In this document: in pieces, positions 40,823 through 53,537 of the stretch | Layout of the letters: every line of letters starts with the position of its first letter | Numbering within the stretch: the stretch's first letter is position 1 | NCBI GenBank assembly: GCA_964187785.1 | Contig: OZ076409.1 | Location: forward strand, 5,892,001 to 5,956,000 | Length of the DNA: 64,000 nt | Origin: Amphiscolops sp. MND2022 | Lineage: Eukaryota | Direction: 5' to 3' | Program-made: the position numbers and the translations under genes | Notes under the pieces: model-generated | Told to the model about the DNA's origin: nothing | What the model saw: only the letters and a program-made list of their open reading frames with translations | The model's database searches: none

Positions 40823-41600
40823 CAGTCCTGTGATATAAGAATGGAACTCCTAATTGATAATAACGTTTGGAACACCTAATTTTTTTGCCCATATTTCGAA
40901 AACTATTGACTTTCAAAAGAAATACCTTTGATAAAAGCTTCTCAAAATTTAATCTAGTTTACATTCGTGTTTGTTTGAAACTTCTATGACAAATATCGGG
41001 GAAATTATTTTTCAATGCCTCTCTATGTAATATTTGGTTTGCAAACCAAGTTTGAATTTTTTGTCTAATTTACAAATAATTTTCATAGTTTTTGTTCATC
41101 AACTGGCTCATCACTGTCCACTGATTGCACTCTCAAATTTTGAGGCAGATAGTATTTATATGTCCAAAGAAAATCGATAATCTCCACTGAGTTGATTCCG
41201 GTACATGTATTAAGATTGGGTATAGATTTAAGACTTATAGATTTGTGATATTCTTTTTACATGTACACTCTAGGGTACTGAAAATTTTCGAGTCTAATTA
41301 GTGAATGATGGGTACTTTGAACAATACTAGAAAGTTAATAATGACCAGTTCTGCTCCTAATTTAGACTCTGCAACTGAATTTCCAAAGTTCTTTACGTAA
41401 AAAATATTAATTGCAAACTTATCTCATATTAATTTTTAAGGCTTCCAAAATTAGACTAATGTAAACTGGACAAAAATTCAAGAAACTTTTGTTTTTATCA
41501 AATTTTGGAGAAATTGCCTGTTTTTGAGAAATTCGCAAACTCATCAGGCGTTCCAAACTTAATTACCAAACAGGGGTTCTATTCTTTTATCACAGGACTG
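40823..41600. mobile_element. Tc1/mariner-type non-autonomous element
   Basis: TIRs CAGTCCTGTGATA.AAGAAT and ATTCTT.TATCACAGGACTG, TA TSD. Confidence 0.88.
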
Positions 41601-41766
41601 TACATTACTCTGTATACCAGGCTTTCACAAATGTTATGGCAAATTCCAGCAGTTTGAATGTAACACCAGCAAACTTGGTTGCTTTGATGGCTCACTGAAT
41701 AGCGTCATCGCTTACTCCGTAGTAGCACTCATTTAGTAGCAATTAGCTTTGTAGCACAAGTCCATA

Positions 41767-43086
41767 CGGGAGGCGGAAATTTCGTCGCCAGAAAATTCGT
41801 CGTCAGAAATTTCGTCGTCGGAAATTTCGTCGTATTAACAAATACAGAAATTTCGTCGTATTGATAAGAATTAACAGCGTTCGCGAAAAGAGATTATCTG
41901 AATTACATTAAAATGAGATCCTAACAAGTTTCATTTTGACACCAAAACTGAGTCAAAAAGTTAATTCCATTCAATGAATTCATCAAATCGCTTATTGAGC
42001 AATGGTATACTTTCACACCATACTAGCCAAAACTTTCCTTTTCAAATTTGCACTATTTGTAAACAAAGCGCTGATATTGTTTCTTTTTTGTCAATCATTC
42101 AAAATGGAGCTCCTTTTTGTTGCTCATTTTAACTTATGGCGGAGAAAACTGGTATTGTATTAGGAGCTTTACTATACAATTTAGGCTTGTTCCGGAGATG
42201 ATTTTTTGCTTCTTTTGTCAAAAAAATATCAACAAGCCGGGAACGGCCCGAGTCGGCGCCATATCTAAGGCTCAAAAAGACTCGAAAGCGAAAACAACTT
42301 TTTCTACAACTGGAGACAACAAAAGCTCTCAAACTAAAAATTGAAAAAAAAATCCGATTTTTTTCGAAATTTTTTTGAACTTTCCGGTAAGTCGCATAGT
42401 GCCGAAAAATGTAAAAGGGGGACACTTTGGGATTTTTTGAACATCCATTCTGTTGCAAAATATCGAAAAGTGATGGAGGAACAATTTAAAAAAATCGGAA
42501 AAAAATCAGTCTCATAGTGCCGAAAAAAGGAGGAAAGTTTCATAGTGTCGAAAAAAGTGGACCCTTCTGCTTTGGAATGGCTTTTTTTCTGATGTTAGAG
42601 GCTTTGGATGCGTTGAAAATGAAGTACTAAGTACATATGGTAAAAGTTGGTAAATGTGCATTAATGCACAAAAAGTGGACGTTTCGCGTTGAACTGACGA
42701 AAAAAAACTAGCCACTGTAAGAGTCGGGTTTTTCTTCGAAAACGCCGACTAAAAATACGGGGGAATTTTTGCTTCAAGTGTCGAAACAGCTTCGTATTGG
42801 GAGGGAGGATAAGAAACAATGTGTATCTGGGGTGGGAGGGATAAGGAACATGGTCCGAAACTTTTTCTGCTAAAACCATTACTATAAGTCAACAATAGCA
42901 CTAATTGCACAATTACCGATAATTAAGATAATTATCAAGACGCGATAAATTTTAAAACATTAATAATATTAGACAATTCCTTAGACAATAGCTTAAATAA
43001 AATGCGACGTTTTATAGAACGTAATATCCGATGACGAAATTTCTGACGACGAAATTTCTGAAGACAAAATTTCTGGTAATCGTCCG
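41767..43086. mobile_element. TIR element with subterminal GAAATTTCGTCG repeats and a nested family A element (42231-42755)
   Basis: TA-CGG…CCG-TA ends. The repeats face inward from both ends. Confidence 0.55.
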
Positions 43087-44436
43087 TACACCCAGAAAGG
43101 GCGTTTCATTTTTTGAAGAAAGTACAGGAAATAAAAGCATCGGAAAATAGTAGCCATTCACATTTCGAATACATTCTTTGATAGCTGATATACTCAAAAC
43201 AATGGAGCCGAATCTAAATCAAAAAGGTTACATGAAAAATCTAAGTTTTTGGAAAATCTCCTAAGTGGAAATGTAGACGAAACTTCCTAAAAATGAAATC
43301 AAAACAATGGCTGTATGATTCGGCTTTTCTCATTCCGAGGCATTTCGCGTCCCTCCAGGTCAGCCTTCGTCAAACCAGTCGCTATACCAGCAATGACCCG
43401 TCGGTCCCCTTCGCTTCGCTCCTGCTTCCACAGCACTACTAGAGGTTTGTGAACGTAGCTAGTCACATAGTATTCTAATATGTAGAATGACTGTAAAAAA
43501 TTTCGTTCGAATCGTATGGAGACTTTTTGCGAAAATCGAAAAATGGCTGTTTTTGGGCTAATTTTGGCTATGTTTCTCACATCACAGTCATGCGATTTTG
43601 ATGCCTTTGCGCACGCAGGGGCCCCCTTTGGGCGTAGAATGACTGCAAAGTTTTATGGAAATCGTATGGACAGTTTTGGAGAAATTTGAAATTTTCATTG
43701 AAAGGTCAGGAAAAAAACGACACCATTGCATAAGTAGTCGAAAAAATTTTCCGCTCCTAAAAATTGGGGTAAATTTCTTGCTTGAAGCGTTAAAACAGTT
43801 GTAGAGACAATCCTCTAAGTATATACATTCATATAATATTTTCTAATTAGTGAAACATTTATTCAAGAACAAAATGTGCGTTCGTGTTGGGGGAAATTAG
43901 CAACAAGGTGTGCTGGGGGGAAATATAACACATGGTCCGAGTATTGTCTTAAAAACGGTCAATTTACAATCTGAAAAGTAATGACATGGATGGAATTCGA
44001 TATTTACTTTAAACCTGTCATCAATTCTATGACGAATCAACATTGCATCGATTTCCAGTCAGCTTCATTGAATTCAGTCAGTCGCAGTAACGCAAATACC
44101 AACTGAACTGATGCGTAGAAAGAATGCGCTTTGATTTCGAACATTTGGAAGGAAGCGCCGTACAAAAAAGTTGTCACGCGCCAAAAATCGATGGCAACAA
44201 AGCCTCGTGATGCGTTAAGAAGTATGTGGCTTTTTTGAAATACAAACTGAAGTTCTTTGGTCAAAATCACGTTAAACAAAAACATACTTGGTGATGATTA
44301 GAATAAGAGGTTCTCGATGTTTATTGAGCTCATTGTACTCCATAAGACTTTAATTTAGAGCCCGGTTATTATCAATTCGAATATTACCTACAAAATATTT
44401 TCAAATGCATGTTGCTACTAACCAAATTGAAAAAAA

Positions 44437-44734
44437 GCCGCATGTGCGGTAAAGGAGTCGCAAACAGATTAAATTATCGAAGCAAAAAACAAATTACCTA
44501 TTTCATTGTCATTTGGTCATTTTTGAACTAATTTTGGCTGATTCTCAGATCCCAGTCATACGATTTTGATGTCATTGCACACATAGGACCCCAATACGGT
44601 GTAGAATGATTGTAAAAAAAACTTCGTACGAATTCTATGGACAGCTTTTGAGAAATTTGAAATTTTCATTGAAAGGTCGGGGATAAAAAAGGCACGAGTG
44701 CATAAGTAGTCGAAACATTTTCCGACCCCTAAAA
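44437..44734 (-). mobile_element. Helentron-like family D
   Basis: Hairpin GCCGCATGTGCGGT, subTIR AGGAGTCG / CGACCCCT, and a single core unit. Confidence 0.65.
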
Positions 44735-47441
44735 GGCATCAGACTCGGATTCAGTAAAGTCAAAAATTCAATTCACTAAGAAGAATGAAAAGTTCGTGAA
44801 ATCTTTTTTTTCTCGCGCCAAGTCAGAGCAAACAAGTGAGCATAAGCTGAATTCTAGTTTGGGGCTGATTTTTAGATCGAGAGAAAAAGTTGAAGCGCCT
44901 TCAGACCCTTATAAAAAAGAGTGATAGAACAGGCTTTGAAGAATTCTCGTTTCGCTTCCTGTCAAACTTTGATGCATGAATAATGCAGCATTATGCGAGG
45001 TTGAAATATGTTACAAAATTATTGTTATCTATAGTTTGTTTTAGTTTATTCCATTATTCCATCAAAAACCTAACCAGTATTAAATAAAAGCAATCAAATG
45101 TTGCGGCACAATTTTACAATATTAAATGCATTACGTGAGTCCTAAACGTTTCGAGTGAAGCAAACAACAAAAAGATTTTCACATAAACACATTTATCAGC
45201 AGCGTATTAATTTTACAATGAATTACAAAAAGCGCTGAGAGACTCTTGTAAGATTGTTGACAAAATCCTGTCATAAATGTTAAAAACATTGAAACACTTT
45301 CACCTTTGTGTTAGCCAATTAGTTTTTGGATGCAAGTGGGATTTAAAGAGATTTCTGTCTTGAACAAAATAACTCAACGACACTTTAGGTTACTTGCAAG
45401 CGATCAATCAACAACAAAAACAAAAACAGCACAAGAATTAACACAAAGAACTCCATCATCACCGCACCATCAAAGACCCAGTCGCAAAGTGAAGCAAATT
45501 CAAAATTCCCATCAATTATGAGAAATATCGCACCATGTTTCTTATCGCCCCAACATGAAAGCACATTTTATTCCTGAAGAAAAAGAGCTCTTTTCTGCCA
45601 CCCCCCACCACCAATTTTTTTTTGGAAAATTGGTGAAAATCTTATAGCAAAAAGACTTTAATACAAACCAGAAACCTTAAATTTTAAATTTATTTCCAAT
45701 GTGGCAGTTTGGAACTGAGATACAAACTCTGGTACACTATTTTTGCATATGAAGTCACGCATTTTTGATAAACAAATCAACAGCTTCCTGTTCTGAGTGA
45801 CAAAAAAACTGTGAATAAGATCGTAATTATAGTCAAAATTTGTGAAAATGTTTTGTACTTTCAAAAAATTTTGGTGGGAGGGGGCAGAAAAGAGCCGAAA
45901 ATATTTCAATAATAAGAGAATATTATATGAATGTATATACTTAAAGGATTGTTTCTACAACTGTTTCGACACTTCCAGCAGAAATGACCCTATTTTTTTA
46001 TACTACTCTCAAAAATGCAAAAAATCACGCTTGGAACAAATTAAAATTGTATTAAAAGGCGCCCCACTTCAACGCAAAATTTCCTGGAAATTTAACGGAG
46101 CCTTTATATGGGTATTAAACAGATTAATTATATTGGTGATCGATGTTTTAGCATAACGAAAATCACGGGGGGTTGGAATAAGAAACATGGTCCGAAATGT
46201 CAAAACTATAATACAACAGTGTACGCTAAAACGATGTCAAAACGTTTTTTCATGAACGATAAGAAATAGACAAAGTTGTGAAACTTACAACACGAAAATT
46301 CACAAACACTGTGGTTCAAAAACAGCATGCATGGCGGCGACAGTGGCACGCGATATTTTTTTTTTTAAAAAAACAAATATTGGTTGCTTAATCATGGAAT
46401 TCATCTATAGTTCATGGCTCGGCATGCTATGGTTCATTCCATAAACCATGAATGGGAATGATAGAAAGACGCCGACAAAAACTACGATTTCCCATTAAAT
46501 GCAAACAACTTTTTTCTCTTCTATCTTTTTTTCTTTTCATCACATCAACTTTTCTAATTTTTTAACTAGTTGGTTGTGCAGCGCCTCCTTGTAGATTCAA
46601 AAACGGTCCCACGAAAATGGACAGGAAAACATCACCAAGTGGAGGACTAACTTATAAATTAAGGTAAACAACTCGCCGAAAATAAAGGGCGGAAAACTGG
46701 TCGAAAATTAACTCGTCGAATAATAATTTAGTCAAACTCCGACAGATTACCCACAGGGACTGCCCAGTACTAATCATCGATTAATTTTCTTCAATTGATG
46801 CGTGACGTTGTCCATTTTTCACATGATATAGCTTTTTTAGTCATACAATTGCTTGAACTGTTTCACTTTTATAGTTTACAGTGTAATACTTCGTAATAAT
46901 TCAGAACTTCATAACAGTACGATCACAAAGTTAGCTGCTCTATATTTTTCTGAGACGATTTTCTGTACTTGCGACGAGTTTTTGCCCGATAATTTTCAGC
47001 GAATTGGTTTTCGACGAGTTTTCCGCCTAGTATTTTCGACCAGTTGCTTTCGACGTAGATTTTCGTAGATTCATAAATTAAAACACCCTGTGACAGAAAA
47101 CTTTTCGTCAAAAAATGCAAAAAAAACCGTCAATAAGAATTATTGAAAAGCAAAAAGTAGTTGAACAATTTAAAAGCAAAGTAGTACACTAACTTCAAGA
47201 TAAACGGCCCGTTGTGTAAAGACGCCCGTGTCAGAAGGGGTATAAGACCAGTAGTAGAAACGAAAGGCGATGTTGGGAAAACACAACAAAAAAGGCGGCT
47301 TTTCCAGGCGAGACAAGAAACGGTGGCAAATGTTTTATATGTTAGGTCTTGTCTCGTAAAAGTAGGGGGAGGGAAGCGGTCTCCTAAGGTAGTAGTAGTA
47401 GTAAAGTAACAGAGCGGCGGTGGTAATAAAATGAGACTAAC

Positions 47442-47512
47442 CAATTTGAATTTGAGAAGATTGCAGATATAGAATGGAGTGTCGCTTGATCGGCTTTCCA
47501 AATAGACACAAT
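47442..47512 (-). CDS. RERE: RERE exon, start of BAH domain (DCVYLESRSSDTPFYICNLLKFKL)
   Basis: ttttcag acceptor, gttagt donor, 71 nt, phase 1 to 0. Closely resembles RERE [24 protein letters not shown]. Confidence 0.9.
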
Positions 47513-48839
47513 CTGAAAATTAAATAATAGTTAATCCCAAAATAAACAAGCTCATTTCAATAGCCACCCGACCAACGTAACTCTAGACAACACAATTGCT
47601 GTGACAACATTCAACCGAATGGGGTAATCTCGAATGGGGGAAGCGAAATGGAAGCGACCTTCACGACTAACAACAACAGCACTCCACAAGAAGAGGTCCA
47701 TTCCATAACTTCTCACTTTGCCCGCCGGTTCCAGAGCAATCTCCGGCGCTTCAATACTGGCACTATACTATCCAGAAAAGCAGTTACGTAACACTCTCGG
47801 TACGAATGGAAACACCCCTCCTGTGGATAGCAAAAGTTAAGTTGAACAATTTACACATACATTTGGACAATATACTTTGGGTTGTATATTAACAATTTCC
47901 CCATTCCTTATAGTTTCCTGTCGCTCCACCGACGCTTGGCAAGAAAGCCTCGAAACTTGAATGAGTTTTGTTGAACTTTCTTAGTTTTGTAGCCTGAGAG
48001 GTCCTAGAGTAAAGACTTAGACTGACTGAAACTTTAGGTAGCGCCAACAGAAGCAACTTTCTCCACTTTGGTTCCAAGCAATTAAATATCGAATGGAAAG
48101 ACAGGCAGATATGAAACAGTTTGAATCGAGTTTCGTAACTCAGGCACTTGGGTTTAGGCCCTGAATGTGTTTCGATAAATGCCATCAGTATCGGTACAAG
48201 CTGATGTTATTAGAGCAAACACCGGAATCCGACGACGCTCAACTTTGCAATTCAAATACTTCTACTCTACTTTCAAGATAGTATACAAAGGCTACACTGT
48301 TTATTAATGCACAACACCCTTGTATTTATTACCCGATTCGATAAGTTTCGGTATGACACTTTCACTCAAAGAATAAAGCAACGCTATGTGACCTTAATTC
48401 AGTCAGTGCAAAACGAAGGAAGAATCGATCGAATTTAACAGTAGGGAAAGTCGCCGATAAAGTACTAAGACAGCAGATCAGAAACATAATTAGTAGATAG
48501 TTTTGTTCCTAGCCACAATTAGACTAATATGCATAACTCATTCAACTAATACTACGATGCCTCGAAAGTAAACAGTTTCCTAATCTTATTCAATAATTGA
48601 TGACATTTCCTCTGAGACGAGCCAAAATTTCAATCTTTTCTTGAACAATTTCCTGTTGTCAGCAATCTGTTTTCAAGCATCTATCGAAGCAATGGTTAGG
48701 AGTTCAACGTTCAATCGAGTAAACATTTTGTTTGAAATCCCAAAATCCCATCAACCACCCTCGCAGAACCATTGAACGTGTTATTGGGCCCAAAAACTAC
48801 ACCATGAACAAATCAGTATATTGTACATGGTATATTACA

Positions 48840-49133
48840 CACAGAGGCGAAGCGGTGCTTCGCAACACATGACGAAGACATCGATTATTTTAATATGCGT
48901 ATATATATTATTTTAATCGCATGCGTATATATTCAACAGTTCAACTTTGTTCAATAACGTCCTTATGGCACAGTGGTCAACACTTATGCCGTGAAATCGG
49001 GAGGCTGCAGGTTCGAATCTCTCTGGGGTTTTGGCTTTTTTCTAAAAGGCGCTCATTATGAAGTTGACTATAGTGGAAAAAAAACTTACTTAGCTGGACT
49101 GCAATGCACATTGACTTCGTCATGTGCAAAAAA
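48840..49133 (-). mobile_element. Helentron/DINE-like family B
   Basis: Near-identical to 13750-14039. Confidence 0.7.
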
Positions 49134-50134
49134 CAGTATTAGAGAAGATACGGAAGACAACAAATATACGACTTATACACAAAATCTGATGTTTTAGCTG
49201 AGTGTCTTCAATCACATTCCATTGAAATTAGAACTCACTCAATTTTTGCAGCAAAGGACTGAAGCAGTGTATTGTACAAGATATACGATTATACGAAAAA
49301 ATATACGAAACCCACAATTCTATACGAATTACATGTTATACGAAGATGTCATTATTATACGACTTATACGGAGAATCGTTTTTCAGTCTTTTTGCGTCGA
49401 TCTTCCCGCTACGGGCTAAGGAAGTTTTTGGAAATTATGAAAATTGTGTGATGGATTTCAAATGAAGTGCATCCTAAAATGGTAATAGGCTGCGAGATTT
49501 TGACGAGGGCTATCACATTCCCCTTTTTTGAAACAATAAACACTTTCCGATAGAAAAATGATCCAAAAATTGTGCTTCATGCCTTTATACGATATAAGAG
49601 GGCCAATTATACGATTATAAGAAAACTAATCGGTATGCGACAACACATTGGACTGAAGCCTAATTTAGGCAATTAATTTGGCTAATTTATGTTCTGGTTG
49701 TTATGTGTCTGTATTGCCAGTGTACAACAGATGATCAGCTAAAATTTGGCCTCGATAGCAGTTCTTCCATTTTTTGTCAGGTTAATTGTTTCAGGTTTGC
49801 AATTTTATATGATGACTTCATTTTTACGAAACTACTTTCATACATCCGACTTTCAAGTATATGAATACAATTTGTGAGAAAAATATTTTATACGGCAATG
49901 CACTGGTGCAACAACAATATATAATGCAAGTAACTTTATACTACCTATTACTTGGAAAATGTGTCTCGATTTTCAGGAAATTTATTTATTGCAACGAGTA
50001 CGTAGCTACTTTTCAACCAAACAAGTCTTAGACAATACAAACCAGTCCTCCTTTTTAAATTCCCATTCAAAAGCTTTCTTCCGAAGTAGAATTTGAAAAA
50101 TAAACCGATTTGGTGGAAATTGATTGTTTCTAAC

Positions 50135-50285
50135 CTCCTTCTTTGTAAACAGTCCCATCTGTAGTGGTATATTGAATAATATGTTGATCGTTGCAATTCG
50201 GTTTCAGAAGGCATATCCCACCACACCGGGCAACGTATCCATCGTCCGACCCTTCACTTTCACAAGGTTTCTCACAAGATTCCAT
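50135..50285 (-). CDS. RERE: RERE/atrophin-like gene, first coding exon (MESCEKP...IIQYTTTDGTVYKEG)
   Basis: ATG at 50285 has an in-frame TGA two codons upstream. The exon ends GGA G|gttaga (phase 1). YTTTDGTVYKEG-D resembles RERE YITEDDVVYRPG-D just before the BAH domain. Candidate acceptor tttatttttag at 50350-50351. Confidence 0.75.
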
Positions 50286-50548
50286 GATTCACAGGAACTT
50301 TCACTCACGAACATTTTGCTCCGAATAACCAAGGAAACATTCGCTCATTCTAAAAATAAATTACATGCAAAGATGTGAAAATTGGAAAAACGTTCGAGGA
50401 AACGCGTAGCCATGCTTGCAAAAATAAATCGAATAAATTGATCTTTGTTATATTTCATTATTGGAGATGAGCGAAATTACAAAGTCCTCTGAAACCTAAT
50501 AGGCGACAACTGAATGAAACACATTGAATAACATTTCATTGAACCAGA

Positions 50549-51348
50549 AGCCGGGGTGGTCATAAGTCACAAGGTTTTCAGTCATCTTTTATGATCGAGC
50601 GACGACTGCATACCTTCCTTGAGGAAGAAAGTATCTTCGAAGAAGAACGAGAAGTGTAACGTCAAGCTAGCAGCTACATTTTAGAACTGGGATAATGCTC
50701 AGGATGCTTTAACAAGAGACCGGTGTCCTATAACAACCTAAACACCAGCACTTCATCACAAAAGGTCTCAGTAGGGACTTTTCCAAGACGCCGTGGAGAC
50801 TCCTCATATTAGAGCTCCGTGGCGACGTGCCGGCACACTCAAAGTCCGGACACATCCCACAAGCACGTAAAAACGTATCCTAAAGAGTTCCTGCGGTCCT
50901 ACATGCCTCCAAGGTCCGAAAACGGGGTTCTAGTCTGAAAGCATTCTATTGGGAAAATAACCTTCAAAATACCAGCACAAGGATCTAGCAGATCCTGCAT
51001 TGCCCTAAATCTGCAAATGAACAATAATAACAGCATAATCAATCAAAATCGACATTTCCAGCGTTCTCTCATTGATTCTACAGTTTTCCAGTTCTTCTTA
51101 GAATATGGGATATTTGGATCCCGGGCCATTTCGTCGTAAAGAACTTGTAGTTTCCGAGTGAGATGGCACAATTCCGAGTCTCAGTATGTGTCTCTCAGTT
51201 AGTATGTCGTCTTCTTGTCTTTTTCGTCTTGGGAGGGTCTTTCGTTGCGTTCTCTGTTGTTCTTTTTTGATTTCAACGACCTGCTAGGTCGGCCATTTTG
51301 ATTCGCACTTTTTTGGTCCTTGATCGAATTTTTGGTGTCGACTGGTGG
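50549..51348. repeat. Copy 1 of an ~800-bp direct repeat (LTR-like from 50655, right end truncated)
   Basis: Nearly identical to 51756-52555, with only a handful of differences seen. Confidence 0.93.
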
Positions 51349-51610
51349 GGTTCCGGACGTTTCGGCACAAGACGTTTCGGCAACAAGATGGCGGAAGACG
51401 TTTCGGCAACTTTTTGTTGCCGAAACGTCTTTGGTGCCGAAACGTCTTCACAGCAGGTGAAAGACGTTTCGGCAACAAATTTTCAGTACTTTCCCCTTCT
51501 AATGTGGGGGCATATTCGGTGTATGCACGCTCGCCCTCACCGTCGCAAAGACCAGCTCCCACTACGATCGCTTCGCGATCCCCGTTTCCGCTAGGTCTTT
51601 GCTCCTGTTC

Positions 51611-51684
51611 GACCTCGCTTAGCAAGATGGGAATATAAGCGGCCCCTTGGGGCCGCTTATATTCCCATCTTGCTAAGCGAGGTC
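51611..51684. repeat. Perfect 74-bp palindrome (36-bp arms, TT loop)
   Basis: GACCTCGCTTAGCAAGATGGGAATATAAGCGGCCCC-TT-reverse complement. Confidence 0.97.
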
Positions 51685-51860
51685 AAATCATGTGTTGATT
51701 TCATGAGATGTCATCACTGAATCTGGTCGATAATACGTTTCATCATGTGCCCCTAGCCGGGGTGGTCATAAGTCACAAGGTTTTCAGTCATCTTTTATGA
51801 TCGAGCGACGACTGCATACCTTCCTTGAGGAAGAAAGTATCTTCGAAGAAGAACGAGAAG

Positions 51861-52563
51861 TGTAACGTCAAGCTAGCAGCTACATTCTAGAACTGGGATA
51901 ATGCTCAGGATGCTTTAACAAGAGACCGGTGTCCTATAACAACCTAAACACCAGCACTTCATCACAAAAGGTCTCAGTAGGGACTTTTCCAAGACGCCGT
52001 GGAGACTCCTCATATTAGAGCTCCGTGGCGACGTGCCAGCACACTCAAAGTCCGGACACATCCCACAAGCACGTAAAAACGTATCCTAAAGAGTTCCTGC
52101 GGTCCTACATGCCTCCAAGGTCCGAAAACGGGGTTCTAGTCTGAAAGCATTCTATTGGGAAAATACCCTTCAAAATACCAGCACAAGGATCTAGCAGATC
52201 CTGCATTGCCCTAAATCTGCAAATGAACAATAATAACAGCATAATCAATCAAAATCGACATTTCCAGCGTTCTCTCATTGATTCTACAGTTTTCCAGTTC
52301 TTCTTAGAATATGGGATATTTGGATCCCGGGCCATTTCGTCGTAAAGAACTTGTAGTTTCCGAGTGAGATGGCACAATTCCGAGTCTCAGTATGTGTCTC
52401 TCAGTTAGTATGTCGTCTTCTTGTCTTTTTCGTCTTGGGAGGGTCTTTCGTTGCGTTCTCTGTTGTTCTTTTTTGATTTCAACGACCTGCTAGGTCGGCC
52501 ATTTTGATTCGCACTTTTTTTGGTCCTTGATCGAATTTTTGGTGTCGACTGGTGGACGTTACA
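51861..52563. mobile_element. LTR (703 bp), TGTAACGTC…GACGTTACA
   Basis: TG…CA ends with 9-bp terminal inverted repeats. Purine tracts abut both ends. Confidence 0.75.
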
Positions 52564-52726
52564 TCCTCCCCGGGCCGTTGTTTGTCGTCCTCGGCAAACG
52601 GAGAAAGGCGCATTCTTGTTCACTTAGTAAATTTCAGCAACGTATTTTTCAACTTTTTTAAAAATTTTACTGCTTCAAATTCAAAAGTCTCATATAGCAT
52701 TTTTGTCATTTCGGGAAATAAAATGG

Positions 52727-53419
52727 GGTGACACGAAACGGGTCGAAATAATCCGGTCGAATTGCAAGGGTGAAACTGTGATCGAACGAAATTGATCGAA
52801 GTAAAATGATCGAAGAAAATGGTCGAAAGTTTGCAAAAAACGGACCTATACCGAATAGAAAAATAGGAAAAGCGTCGAACAACTAGAAAGTGGTCAGAAT
52901 TGCTCAAAAAATGTCAAAATGTTCAGAAATGCGATTTTTTGCAGAATGGACGAACTTTAACGCGGTTTTTTTTTAGTACAAAACGTGCCTCGGATATGTC
53001 CCCATTTCCTCTAGTGCCCCGCGGCCCCTTGGGGCCGCTTATATTCCCATCTTGCTAAGCGAGGTCGAACAGGAGCAAAGACCTAGCGGGAACGGAGATC
53101 GCGAAGCGATCGTAGTGGGAGCTGGTCTTTGCGACGGTGAGGGCGAGCGTGCATACATCGCATATGCCCCACATTATATAAACTAAAAGTCTCTGCCATT
53201 TGATGTGTTCACGACCGCGGTCACCCATAACCAAACCTGAAATTAGATTAAATAAGATTGTTGGTTAATTTTTTCGACTAAATTCTATCTTGAAAAGCAG
53301 TTCGACCTTAATCGTTCGATCAAAAAATGCTACATATTCAATTTCGACCCAATTATTTTTCGACCAGTTTCGACCTCAGTTTTTTCGACCAAACTTTTTC
53401 GACCTGGTTATACGTCGCC
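52727..53419. mobile_element. Foldback/TIR-type element with GGTCGAAA subterminal repeats
   Basis: GGTCGAA repeats at the left, TTCGACC repeats at the right, imperfect terminal IR. Confidence 0.5.
53011..53175 (-). mobile_element. Short Helitron-like element (3' hairpin plus CTAG), with an inverted copy at 51500-51657
   Basis: The minus strand ends GCGGCCCCAAGGGGCCGC-GGGGCA-CTAG. Confidence 0.55.
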
Positions 53420-53537
53420 AATAAAATGCAGTTTTGCTAAAAATTCATTCGTTTCTACTACTACTACTAAAAGACTGAATTGATTCTAGTCAACACAAAA
53501 GAAACACTTGATGATACCAGTATGTACAGATTTTTTT

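Noticed and set aside
51284..51638. Three overlapping ~100-aa ORFs
   Set aside because: They arise from GC-rich GACGTTTCGGCA repeats and the Helitron-like element, with no protein signature.
50549..52563. Penelope pseudo-LTR or retrozyme with a hammerhead ribozyme
   Set aside because: No CUGAnGA…GAAA core was found by eye. TG…CA ends and PPT-like tracts fit an ordinary LTR better.
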